From positions 64,001 to 128,000 of the forward strand of contig JBFWRP010000010.1 in the NCBI GenBank assembly GCA_050248855.1: a stretch of DNA of 64,000 nt, in the 5' to 3' direction. Position numbers and translations under genes: made by a program. The notes under the pieces were generated by a model that saw only the letters and a program-made list of their open reading frames with translations, searched no databases and was not told the origin of the DNA. This document shows positions 16,604 to 25,647 of the stretch, piece after piece. The stretch is from Planctomycetota bacterium (GTDB taxonomy: Bacteria; Planctomycetota; PLA2; JAEUHO01). Within the stretch, counting starts at the first letter, position 1. Every line of letters begins with the position of its first letter.

Positions 16604-18334
16604 CTAGCCGCGTCCCACCGGCTGGACACGGGCCTTGAGGAGCGCCTCCACGTCGTCGGCCGTGGTCTGCCGGAGGCAGGCCGCAGCCAGGGAGCGGGCA
16701 TCGCGAGCCGTCAGGGAACGCAGCAGGCGGCGGGCCCGGGGCAGGTAGCCCGGCGTCAGGCTGAACGCGCGGACCCCCATGCCGAACAGGAGGACGGTGT
16801 AGATGCTCTGACCGCCCATCTCGCCGCACATCGTGACGGGCGTGCGATGGACGGCCGCGGCATCGAGGATCGTGCGGATCATCCGCAGCAAGGCCGGATG
16901 GGACGGCCGGAACCAGCGGGCGACGGCCGGGTTGAGGCGGTCGACCGCCAGCCCGTACTGGATCAGGTCGTTGGTGCCGATCGAGAGGAAGTCCGCCTCC
17001 TTGGCCAGGAGGTCGGCGATGAGGGCCGCCGCCGGGATCTCGACCATGACCCCGAGCGGCGGGTCGGGTCGGTGGGCCACACCTTCGCGAGCCAGCTCGG
17101 CGCTGGCGGCGGCCAATGCCCGCCGCGCCAGGCGGAGCTCCTCGAGCCCCCCCACCATGGGCAGCATGATGCGCACGTCCCCCTCCGCCGCGACGCGCAA
17201 CAGGGCGCGCAGCTGGGCCCGGAAGGGCTCGGGGTGGGCGAAGCACCAGCGCAGCGAGCGCTCCCCCAGCGCCGAGTTGGGCTCGAAGCGCCGGTTCGGC
17301 ACCTCCGGTTTGTCGCTGCCGAAGTCGTAGGTCCGGATCGTCAGCGCCCCTCCGCGGAGGCGCTCGAGCGTCCACCGGAACGTCTCCAGCTGCTCCTCCT
17401 CGGTGGGCAAGCGGCCGCGCTCGTCCACCAGGAACTCGGTGCGGTAGAGGCCCACGCCCTCCGCGCCGCGAGCCACACCCGCCTCCACGTCGGGGCGGAA
17501 CTCGACATTGGCCAGCAGGGACGCGCGGTAGCCGTCGAGCGTCTCCGCCGGGAGGTTGCTCTCGCGCAACAGGGCCGCTTCGAGCCGGTCGTAGCGCTCG
17601 CCGAGGCCGCGCGCGCGCTCGAGCATCTCGGCGTCCGGCGCGATCACGACCAGGCCTTCGCTGCCGTCCACCCAGATGCGGTCGCCTGGATGGACGGCGC
17701 GCGTCACGCCCATGACGCCGACCACGCACGGGATGCCGAGCGACTTCGCGATCAGCACGCTGTGGCTGGTCGGGCCGCCGTACTCGAGGACCATGGCGGC
17801 GATCTCGCGTCCCTCGAACGCCGCCACCTCGCTCGGCGTGAGCGTGCTCGCCACGACGACGACGGGGCCCAACGGCGCCGCCGCCAGATCGGGCGTCTCG
17901 TGGGACAGGCTGCCCAGCGCCCGCAGCAGGCGACGCTCGATGTCGACGATGTCCTGCGCACGCTGCGCGAACACGGGGTTCGGCAGGGCCTCGAGGCGCT
18001 CGCGGATGGCATGCAGCACCATGGCCACCGCATGCTCGGCCGCGTTGCCCTCCTGGACCGCGGCGCGCAGGCGCGGGGCGGCGTCGTTGAGCATCGCCGC
18101 GTGCGCCTCGAAGATCCCGCTCACGAGGCCGGCTTGGCCTTCCATCGAAGCCTGTAGACCTTCGAGCTGCGCCAGCGCCTCTTCCAAGGCTGCGTCCAGG
18201 CGAGCCAGCTCCGCCGGGACGTCGTCCGCGCCCACGCCCCCGGCCGGCGCGCGCACGTCGGGCACCTCCTCGAACAGCAGCGCGTACCCCACGCGCGAGC
18301 CGCCCGACACGGGCAAGCCACGAAGCTCGGTCAT
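16604..18334 (-). CDS. ptsI: Phosphoenolpyruvate-protein phosphotransferase (PTS enzyme I), no GAF domain
   Basis: GGPTSH phospho-His motif, GVGLYRTEF, IRTYDFGSDK, MVEIPAA, SIGTNDLIQY, MCGEMGG; alternative GTG start at 18352. Confidence 0.95.
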   Translation of the reverse strand: MTELRGLPVSGGSRVGYALLFEEVPDVRAPAGGVGADDVPAELARLDAALEEALAQLEGLQASMEGQAGLVSGIFEAHAAMLNDAAPRLRAAVQEGNAAEHAVAMVLHAIRERLEALPNPVFAQRAQDIVDIERRLLRALGSLSHETPDLAAAPLGPVVVVASTLTPSEVAAFEGREIAAMVLEYGGPTSHSVLIAKSLGIPCVVGVMGVTRAVHPGDRIWVDGSEGLVVIAPDAEMLERARGLGERYDRLEAALLRESNLPAETLDGYRASLLANVEFRPDVEAGVARGAEGVGLYRTEFLVDERGRLPTEEEQLETFRWTLERLRGGALTIRTYDFGSDKPEVPNRRFEPNSALGERSLRWCFAHPEPFRAQLRALLRVAAEGDVRIMLPMVGGLEELRLARRALAAASAELAREGVAHRPDPPLGVMVEIPAAALIADLLAKEADFLSIGTNDLIQYGLAVDRLNPAVARWFRPSHPALLRMIRTILDAAAVHRTPVTMCGEMGGQSIYTVLLFGMGVRAFSLTPGYLPRARRLLRSLTARDARSLAAACLRQTTADDVEALLKARVQPVGRG

Positions 18335-18427
18335 GGGACGGGGCGCCGGCACGACGCAGGAATCCTACGGGCCCCGGATGAGGGAACTCGTAAGCGTTCA
18401 GCCCATGGGCCGAACGCTCACGGGAGC

Positions 18428-18772
18428 TCACTCCATGCCGAACGACGAACGGAAGAGAGCCTCGAGGGCTGCAGCCGCTTCGCTCGCGTCGGCGCCGGTG
18501 GCGATGACGTCCAGCTGGGCGCCCTGGGCTGCGCCGAGGACGATCACGTCCAGGATGCTCTTGGCGTCCACGCGCGTGCCGATCTCGCTGGCACGACCGG
18601 AGCCGGCGTCGACGAGCACGAGCTCGATCTCGCACTGGAACTGACGCGCCCGCGCCGCGAGGACGCTGGCCGGTCGGGCGTGCAGCCCCGGCGGGTTGAG
18701 CACCTGCACGCGGCGCACGACAGGCTCGTTGGTCGTCTCCAGACCGTCGTCGATCATCGGCTCGCCCTGCAT
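18428..18772 (-). CDS. ptsH: HPr family phosphocarrier protein
   Basis: NPPGLHARPA (His15) and DAKSIL (Ser46) motifs; start uncertain (18772 or 18757). Confidence 0.92.
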   Translation of the reverse strand: MQGEPMIDDGLETTNEPVVRRVQVLNPPGLHARPASVLAARARQFQCEIELVLVDAGSGRASEIGTRVDAKSILDVIVLGAAQGAQLDVIATGADASEAAAALEALFRSSFGME

Positions 18773-18946
18773 GGGTCCTCGTCGGTCGTCGCGGGCGCCC
18801 AGCACACGCGGCCTACGACGCGAGCCCATCCTACCGTGGAGATCCCGCGGCTCGGGAAGCTCCGCTCCCGCTCGCGTGCGCGGCCTGCCTGGGCAGGGCG
18901 GGCCGAAGGGCACCTCGGGGGCCGAGCTGCCTTCGTGCCCGGCCTC

Positions 18947-19429
18947 TCACGCCCAGGTCTCTTCCAGGAAGGCATGGATGCGCTCGGCCGTGCCCTGGCG
19001 GCGCAACGCCCGGATCTCGACCACATCGCGAGCGACGCGAGCGACGCGGCTGGCTACGCCGAGGTACTCCTCGGGGGAGTTGCTGACGATCAGGAACGCG
19101 ACGTGGACCGGCTCGCCGTCGGTGGACTCCCAGTCCACGCCGCCTTCGGCGAGGCCCACGGCGATCAGGGTCTCGTCCACGTGGGGACAGGCCCGTGCGT
19201 GCGGCATGGCCACCCCCCCGCCGATGCCCGTCGTGCCCTCCTGCTCGCGAGCCAGCACGCGGCCGATCACGTCGTCGGCGGCGGCCGCGTCCAAGGCGCC
19301 GCTGGCCTGGAAGCGCCCCACCAGCTCGCGCACGACCGCTTCACGGGTCGCACCCTCGAGCCCGGAGACGCAGTGCTCGACGCGGCAGTACTGGATCACG
19401 TTGCGGGTCACGTTGGGGGTCACGCTCAC
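18947..19429 (-). CDS. ptsN: PTS EIIA component, Fru/Ntr family (PtsN-like)
   Basis: REQEGTTGIGGGVAMPHAR, GVDWESTDGEPVH; located in rpoN-hpf operon. Confidence 0.88.
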   Translation of the reverse strand: MSVTPNVTRNVIQYCRVEHCVSGLEGATREAVVRELVGRFQASGALDAAAADDVIGRVLAREQEGTTGIGGGVAMPHARACPHVDETLIAVGLAEGGVDWESTDGEPVHVAFLIVSNSPEEYLGVASRVARVARDVVEIRALRRQGTAERIHAFLEETWA

Positions 19430-19556
19430 GGACGGGGTCTCCCAGGCCGGCGACGGGCTGTCGCCGACGACGACAGGGGGAGCCTACAACCGATCTCCCC
19501 CCATGCCCCGCTGCCCCACGGACCTTGCGGCCAGGACGCGGGCAGGGGCAGGCGGC

Positions 19557-19592
19557 GGCCACGTGCAGGAGGGGCCACGTGCAGGAGGGGCC
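19557..19592 (+). repeat. Perfect 16-bp tandem duplication GGCCACGTGCAGGAGG x2 (+GGCC)
   Basis: Directly visible between hpf stop and ptsN. Confidence 0.8.
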
Positions 19593-19601
19593 GGGCGCGC
19601 C

Positions 19602-20024
19602 CTACTCGACGGGGGGCGCCTCGCCCCGACGCATCCGGTCGACGACCTCCTCGTAGGTCCACTCGCGCTCCGCGCCGGTTGCCTCGGGGGCGGGCGCTTC
19701 GGCCCCCTCCGTCTCCTGCCACTTCTCGCCGCGGTGGTGATCGCGCAGGCGGCTCTTGTAGCGGCGCAGCTGCTGCGCCAGCTTCTGCTCCGCCAGGTCG
19801 CAGGCGGCGTACATGTCGGGGGCGCCCGCCTTGCCGACCAGCGTGACGCCACGGCTGACCTCGAGGGCCATCTCGACCATCTGTTCCTGGTGGTCCACGT
19901 CCATCGTCACGCGGGCCGTCGTCACGCGATCGAAGTACTTGAGCAGCTTCTCGACCTTCGCGCGTGCGTACTCCTTCATGCTGTCGGTCACACCGACGTG
20001 ACGGCCTGTGATGAGGATCTTCAT
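19602..20024 (-). CDS. hpf: Ribosome hibernation promoting factor (HPF/RaiA)
   Basis: MKILITGRHVGVTDSMKEYARAKVEKL...DMYAACD...QLRRYKSRLRDHH; ATGA overlap with truA stop; GAGGAG SD. Confidence 0.93.
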   Translation of the reverse strand: MKILITGRHVGVTDSMKEYARAKVEKLLKYFDRVTTARVTMDVDHQEQMVEMALEVSRGVTLVGKAGAPDMYAACDLAEQKLAQQLRRYKSRLRDHHRGEKWQETEGAEAPAPEATGAEREWTYEEVVDRMRRGEAPPVE

Positions 20025-20962
20025 GAGGGTCTCCTCGGGACGGGGGAGGCCCCGGTCACGCCCCCTTCGGGCGCAGACGGCGAGGACTCCGGGGACGAGG
20101 GGAATGCGCCCGCCGCTGCACCGCCAGGGCGCCACGCCGCGGCGAGATGGGCAGGCAGCTCCGGGGGCGGGTCGCCCGCCACGGCGACGGCCATGAGCGT
20201 GAGGCCGTCGGCGGGCGTCGCGGGCCCGGCGGCACGGCGATCGCGGGCGGCGAGCACGGCGCGCATCACCGCAGCCGGGTCGTTCGCGGCGGCCGCTCGC
20301 CACGCCGTGCCCACGATGGTGCGAACCATCTTCCAGAGGAAGCCGTCGCCCACGACATCGAGCGCGAGGTAGGGCGCACCCTGCGACCACGCCTCGTCAC
20401 CCTGGGCCGTTCCGGCGTGCCACGTGACGGCGTGGAGCGTGCGCACGGTCGCGCCCGGTGTGGAGCCCAGGTTGGCGAACGAAGCGAAGTCGTGGCGGCC
20501 GCGGAGCGGGTCCACGGCGGCTTGCAGCGCCCCCCGGGCAGGCGCGTGGCGCCGACGCCACGCGCGCGAGCCCGCGAGCGGCTGGCGACGACGACTGACG
20601 AGCACGCGGTAACGATACCACTTCCACAGCGCATCGCGCTGGGCGTGGAAGACCGGGGCCGCGTCGGCCACCTGGACCACGGAGACGTCCTCCGGGAGCA
20701 GGGCCTCCAACGCCCGTTCGATGTCCTCTACGGAGAGCTCCGTCCGCGTGCGGAGGGACGAGACGTGGTGCCACGCATGTGTCCCCGCGTCCGTCCGGCC
20801 GCAGCCGACGACGCTGACGGCCTCGCCGACCAGGTGCGCCAGCGCCTCTTCCACCACGCCCTGGACGGTCCGCTGCCCCGGTTGGCGTTGCCACCCGGCG
20901 AAGTCCGTGCCCGACCACGAGAGGTCCAGACGCAGGGTGCGCAGGCGGGGGTCGGAGGTCAC
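20021..20962 (-). CDS. truA: tRNA pseudouridine(38-40) synthase
   Basis: GTDFAGWQRQP, GRTDAGTHA (catalytic Asp), GRHDFASF, GDGFLWKMVRTIVG. Confidence 0.95.
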   Translation of the reverse strand: MTSDPRLRTLRLDLSWSGTDFAGWQRQPGQRTVQGVVEEALAHLVGEAVSVVGCGRTDAGTHAWHHVSSLRTRTELSVEDIERALEALLPEDVSVVQVADAAPVFHAQRDALWKWYRYRVLVSRRRQPLAGSRAWRRRHAPARGALQAAVDPLRGRHDFASFANLGSTPGATVRTLHAVTWHAGTAQGDEAWSQGAPYLALDVVGDGFLWKMVRTIVGTAWRAAAANDPAAVMRAVLAARDRRAAGPATPADGLTLMAVAVAGDPPPELPAHLAAAWRPGGAAAGAFPSSPESSPSAPEGGVTGASPVPRRPS

Positions 20963-22419
20963 GTCCAGACGCGTCGCTGGCGCGACGACGGGATGCCCAT
21001 GGCCTTGCGGTACTTCGTGACCGTGCGGCGCGCGATGTCCAAGCCGTGCTCCTCCTTGAGGCGCTCGGCGACGGCGTCATCGGACAGCGGGTCGGCCTTG
21101 TCCTCGTCGTCGATGATCTGGCGGACGCGCTCCTTGACGCTGAGCCGCGACTCGACGCCGCCATCCTCGTTCTCGGTTCCCCCGGTGAAGAAGAACTTGA
21201 GCGGCACGATGCCGCGGGGCGTCTGCGCGTACTTGTCGCTGATCGCGCGACTCACCGTGCTCACGTGGATGCCCAGGGCGTCGGCGACTTCCTGCATCTT
21301 GAGGGGGCGCAGGTGGCTCACGCCGTACTCGAGGAAGTCCTGCTGGCGACCGACGATCTCGCAGGCCACGCGTTCGAGCGTGCTCTGGCGTTGCGCGATG
21401 GCCTCGATGAGCCAGCGGGCCGACTCGATCTTGCGCTTCAAGTGCTCGCGCAGGCTGGGATCGCCGCGAGCCTCCTTGAGCATCCGCCGCACGTCGCGCG
21501 ACAGACCCACCCGCGGCAAGCTGTCGTTGACGAGGCGCACGACGTACTCGCCGTCTTCCCACTCGATCACGACATCCGGACGGATGTAGGGCACCGGGTG
21601 CTCGTCGTAGGCGGCACCGGGGCGCGCCGTGAGATGCGCGAGCCCCTGCACGAGGTCGTTCAGGTCGGCGATGTCGAGGCCCATGGCGCGCGCGATACGG
21701 GGCCGCTTGTTGCGGACGAGGTCATCGAAGTGGTCGCGCAGCAAGACGCGCTTGAGACCGATCTGGGGGTCCTCGGGGTCCAGCTGCAGCAGGAGGCACT
21801 CGGCCAGGTCGCGCGCCCCGACACCACGAGGTTCCAAGCGTTGCACGACGGCCAGGGCGCGCTCGAGGACGTCGAGCGGCGCGGGGTCGTCCATGCCGGC
21901 GGCCACGTCCTCGAGCGGGCCGTCGAGCCGCCCGGCGTCGTCGAGGCTGTAGACGATCGCCTCCGCCGCGGCGCGTACGTCGGGCTCGAGGTTGATCTCG
22001 TCGAGCTGCCGGCGCAGGTGGTCGGCCAAGCCGGCCCCAACGTCCGCGGCGTTCTGCATGGCCTCGAGCTTGCGGTCGCTGGCTTCCTCCGCGGCCGCGC
22101 GGCTCATGCGCCCCAGACCGTCGCCCCGACCGCCGACCAGGTCATCGAGTCGCTCGAGCACGTTTTCCGCGTCGTGCACGAGCCCATCGTCATGTTCGTT
22201 GTCGTCGCTGGGCGGGGCCTCGGGCGAACCCAAGAGCTCGCTGGCGCCGTCCGGCGCCGGTTCGAGCACCTCGAGCGCTTCGTTCTCCTGGAGCTCGTTC
22301 TCGATCAGCTCGCGCAGGTCCAGGGCGGGCAGCTGCAGGATCTCGATGCTCTGGATGATCTGCGGCGCAAGCCGCATCTCCTGCTTCAGCCTGAGGTTGA
22401 GCCCGAGCTCGAGTCGCAT
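20959..22419 (-). CDS. rpoN: RNA polymerase sigma-54 factor
   Basis: QSIEILQLP, GVGARDLAECL, HVSTVSRAI, RpoN box ARRTVTKYR. Confidence 0.97.
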   Translation of the reverse strand: MRLELGLNLRLKQEMRLAPQIIQSIEILQLPALDLRELIENELQENEALEVLEPAPDGASELLGSPEAPPSDDNEHDDGLVHDAENVLERLDDLVGGRGDGLGRMSRAAAEEASDRKLEAMQNAADVGAGLADHLRRQLDEINLEPDVRAAAEAIVYSLDDAGRLDGPLEDVAAGMDDPAPLDVLERALAVVQRLEPRGVGARDLAECLLLQLDPEDPQIGLKRVLLRDHFDDLVRNKRPRIARAMGLDIADLNDLVQGLAHLTARPGAAYDEHPVPYIRPDVVIEWEDGEYVVRLVNDSLPRVGLSRDVRRMLKEARGDPSLREHLKRKIESARWLIEAIAQRQSTLERVACEIVGRQQDFLEYGVSHLRPLKMQEVADALGIHVSTVSRAISDKYAQTPRGIVPLKFFFTGGTENEDGGVESRLSVKERVRQIIDDEDKADPLSDDAVAERLKEEHGLDIARRTVTKYRKAMGIPSSRQRRVWT

Positions 22420-22497
22420 CGCCGCGTGGATTCCCTGGGTGCCACGCCAGTCTACCCCTCACGGGGCCCCTGGGACAATCGGGCGCGCGCCTTCGTC

Positions 22498-22547
22498 AAG
22501 CGTGCGGAACTGCTCATCGCGCGCAGCCATGAAGCGTGCGGAACTGC
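22498..22547 (+). repeat. Perfect 16-bp direct repeat AAGCGTGCGGAACTGC at 22498-22513 and 22532-22547, upstream of rpoN
   Basis: Directly visible in recR-rpoN intergenic region; 34-bp period. Confidence 0.75.
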
Positions 22548-22585
22548 ACGATCCGTGCACGCCGGCGTCGCGACCCGACGCACCG

Positions 22586-23203
22586 TCACGCGTTGGCGTC
22601 GTCGAGAGGCCGCCGACCGCGCAGCGCATCCGTGATGGCGGCCGCATTCTGGTGTTCGATCTGACCGCCGGTGGGAACACCCCGCGCCAAACGGGTGACA
22701 CGGACGGGCAGGTCGGCGAGCGCACGGGCGATGGCGCGTGCGGCGCCATCGCCTTCGAGGTCGGGGTTGGTCGCCAGCACGACCTCGCGCACGCGTCCAT
22801 CGTCGACGCGCGCCCGGAGCGCGTCCAGTCCGATGTCCCCCACGTCGCGCCCCTCCAGCGGCGCAAGCCGCCCGGCCAGGACGAAGTAGCGACCCTCGTA
22901 GCGACCCGTGGCCTCCACGGCGTCGCGGTCGCGCAGGGTCTCGACGACGAGCAGCAGGTCATCGCGCCGCGAGGTGTCGGCGCAGCGCGGACAGGGGTCC
23001 ACCTCGGCCGGCGCGGCGCAGCGGGAGCACGGCTTGAGGCGCGCGCGCGCGGCCCGCAAGGCATCGGCGAGCGCCAGGGCCTCGCTCTCGGGGACGCGCA
23101 GGAGGTGCTCGGCGAGCCGACGCGCGGTCCGTGCCCCGATGCCGGGCAGGCGCTCCAGCGCATCGACGAGCGCGGCGAGGACGGTACCTCCGTCGCGGCT
23201 CAC
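22586..23203 (-). CDS. recR: Recombination mediator RecR
   Basis: LPGIGARTARRLA HhH, C4 zinc finger CSRC...CPRC, TOPRIM EVVLATNPDLEGD, RLARGVP; GTG 23203 overlaps dnaX stop. Confidence 0.95.
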   Translation of the reverse strand: MSRDGGTVLAALVDALERLPGIGARTARRLAEHLLRVPESEALALADALRAARARLKPCSRCAAPAEVDPCPRCADTSRRDDLLLVVETLRDRDAVEATGRYEGRYFVLAGRLAPLEGRDVGDIGLDALRARVDDGRVREVVLATNPDLEGDGAARAIARALADLPVRVTRLARGVPTGGQIEHQNAAAITDALRGRRPLDDANA

Positions 23204-25020
23204 GCGCGCTCGTCCGCGGCGTCGTCCGCGGCCTCGGCGACCGGGCCACCGTGACGCTCGACATGGACGAGGTGGCCCCCGGTGAACTCTGCGACGCGCC
23301 GCACGGCGGGCAGGTCGCGCACGGCTGCGTCGACGACGGCGACCAGCGCAGGCGTGGCCTCGGCACGCACGACGGGTCGCACGCGCCGACCCAGGACGCG
23401 CGGGGCCACTTGGCCGAACGCCGCCTGCGCGCGACTCTGGATGAGCGCCGTGCGCGCCTCGTACGTGCCCCCGTCGACCTCCAGCTCGAGCACGTCTCCG
23501 CGCAGGGCCACGGGACGCGCCCTGCGCAGCACGGCGGCGAGCCGCGCCTCGCGCGCCGACAACGCCTCGACGAGGCGCGGCCAGCGCCGGGCGACGTCCT
23601 CCAGGTCGCTGACCGCCGCCACGACCTCGTCTACGCCGGACGGTCCCGCGTCCGGGACGGGGGCCACGGCGTCCGCGACGGGGGCCACGGCGTCCGCGAC
23701 GGGGGCCACGGCGTCCGCGACGGGGGCCACGGCGTCCGCGACGGGACGCGGCGCCGCCCGTGGCGCGGGCGATGCTTGCGCGGGTCGGGCCGCTGGTGCG
23801 CTCGCCGCGGCGTCGGCGTCGGCCTCGCCCTCGCTGCGCGGCGACGCCGTCGCGCGCTCCCGCGGGCGGGCGCCCTCGCTCCGGCCGGCGAGCGCAGCGA
23901 CCAACGCGTCGACGTCGCGCGCGTCGGGCAGGCGTGCCAGCTCGATGGCCGTGAGCTCGGCGACCAGGGCGCCGTCGGCGCCCTGACGCAGGTGGACACG
24001 CTTGCCGAGCACGACCTCGATGGACTGTGCCAAGCGGGCGACGGGCCGGCCCGCGCGCGCGGCCTCTGCGAGGGCGCCGCGCAGGTGATCGAGCCACTGG
24101 TCCACCAAGACACCGGGTTGGGCGCCGGAGGCGAGGCTGCGGTCGACCGCGTCGAGCGCCGCACCGGCGTCGCCCGCATCGACCGCGGCGAAGAGGGCGT
24201 CCACGTCCGCCGCGGGGGCGCGCCCGCAGAGGTGGTCCAGGTCGGCGCTGGTCAGGGAGGTTCCGGGCGACGCGGCCATGAGCTGCTCGAGCATCGACTC
24301 CGCGTCGCGCAAGCCGCCGCGCGCGGCGCGGGCGATGGCGGGGGCGAGGCCTTCCTCCAGGGTGAGCCCCTCCTGCCGGGCAAGCCACGCCAGGCGCGCC
24401 ACGAGGGCTTCATCGCGGATGGGCCGCAGGTCGACCTTGGTGCAGCGGCTCACGATGGTGTCGGGCAGGCGGTGCAGCTCGGTCGTGCAGAAGAAGAACT
24501 TCACGCGCGGCGGCGGCTCTTCGAGCGTCTTCAGGAACGCGTTGAACGCCGACGAGGACAGCATGTGCACCTCGTCCACGATCCAGATCCGATAGCGCGA
24601 GCGCACGGTGGCATAGCCCACCTGCTCGCGGAGCGCGCGGATGTCGTCGACTTGGTTGTTCGAGGCCGCGTCCATCTCGACGACGTCGAGGTCGGAGCCG
24701 GCGGCGATGTCGCGACACGACGCGCAGACTCCGCACGGCTCGGGCACGCGGACGTCAGCCGCCTCCGCGGGCGACGGGGCCGCGGTCGCCGTTCCGAAAC
24801 CCTCCCCCGGCGCGGGCACCCGGGCCTCGCAGTTGAGTGCGCGGGCCAGGATGCGCGCGGTCGTCGTCTTGCCGACGCCCCGCGGGCCGACGAACAGGTA
24901 CGCTTGGCCGACCCGACCGGTGGCGAGCGCCGTGCCGAGCATGCGCACCACGTGCTCCTGCCCGAAGAGCTCGTCGAAGCGCTGCGGGCGGTAGCGGCGG
25001 CTGAGAATGCGATGGCTCAC
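23200..25020 (-). CDS. dnaX: DNA polymerase III subunit gamma/tau
   Basis: RRYRPQRF, GPRGVGKTT, PCGVCASC, EMDAASN, DEVHMLS, LKTLEEPP, GGLRDAESMLEQ. Confidence 0.96.
   Translation of the reverse strand: MSHRILSRRYRPQRFDELFGQEHVVRMLGTALATGRVGQAYLFVGPRGVGKTTTARILARALNCEARVPAPGEGFGTATAAPSPAEAADVRVPEPCGVCASCRDIAAGSDLDVVEMDAASNNQVDDIRALREQVGYATVRSRYRIWIVDEVHMLSSSAFNAFLKTLEEPPPRVKFFFCTTELHRLPDTIVSRCTKVDLRPIRDEALVARLAWLARQEGLTLEEGLAPAIARAARGGLRDAESMLEQLMAASPGTSLTSADLDHLCGRAPAADVDALFAAVDAGDAGAALDAVDRSLASGAQPGVLVDQWLDHLRGALAEAARAGRPVARLAQSIEVVLGKRVHLRQGADGALVAELTAIELARLPDARDVDALVAALAGRSEGARPRERATASPRSEGEADADAAASAPAARPAQASPAPRAAPRPVADAVAPVADAVAPVADAVAPVADAVAPVPDAGPSGVDEVVAAVSDLEDVARRWPRLVEALSAREARLAAVLRRARPVALRGDVLELEVDGGTYEARTALIQSRAQAAFGQVAPRVLGRRVRPVVRAEATPALVAVVDAAVRDLPAVRRVAEFTGGHLVHVERHGGPVAEAADDAADERA
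23656..23739 (+). repeat. 4 x 21-bp perfect coding tandem repeat in dnaX linker (PVADAVA x4)
   Basis: Unit GACGGGGGCCACGGCGTCCGC repeated four times. Confidence 0.9.
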
Positions 25021-25063
25021 GGCGCGGATCCTACCGAGCCCCGCCGACCACGGGCGAGAGGTC

Positions 25064-25588
25064 CTACAGATCGAACAGCCTGAGCAGGTCTTGCTGCAGG
25101 CGCTCGGCGTCCTCGGGGTCGACGCGCGGGGCGGGCACGCGCACCTCCCCCTCCTCGCGGGGCCAGCGGACCACGAGCTCCGCGCCCTCCTCGCGCACCA
25201 GGTTCAGGCGACGCTTGCGCACGAGGAGCAACGCCAACGTGAGGGCCACGGGCGCCTTCTCGGGGTTGCCCTCCTCCAGCACGCGTTCGAGAAGCTGGCG
25301 CGCGAGGTCCAGGTCCAGCCGGCGGGCGTCCTCGGGCTTCTCTGGCGCCGTGCGCGTGTGCCAGACGCCGAACGCACCCTGGAGCCGCTCCGGCGTCGCC
25401 TCCTCGACGAGGAAGTCGCGCCGCTCGAGCCCGGCCCCGCGCACGCCCTCGGCGTCGTCGGCGGCCTCGGGCAGGGGGAAGAGCGCCGTCACCACCTCGG
25501 TGTCAGGCGGCAGGGGCTGGCCCGAGACGGAGGACATGCGGCCGAGCCGTGCCACCTTCCACACCGGGCGCCCTTGGGGTTGGACCAT
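25064..25588 (-). CDS. Conserved hypothetical protein
   Basis: Fills gap in co-oriented run; globular composition; W..AR...GQPL, RRDF, LALLLVRKRRL resemble a PVC-type hypothetical family (from memory, unverified). Confidence 0.72.
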   Translation of the reverse strand: MVQPQGRPVWKVARLGRMSSVSGQPLPPDTEVVTALFPLPEAADDAEGVRGAGLERRDFLVEEATPERLQGAFGVWHTRTAPEKPEDARRLDLDLARQLLERVLEEGNPEKAPVALTLALLLVRKRRLNLVREEGAELVVRWPREEGEVRVPAPRVDPEDAERLQQDLLRLFDL

Positions 25589-25647
25589 GCGGGCGTTCTA
25601 CGGACGCCGGCAGACGAAACCAAGAAGGCGTCGGGCGTCGCCGGGCC

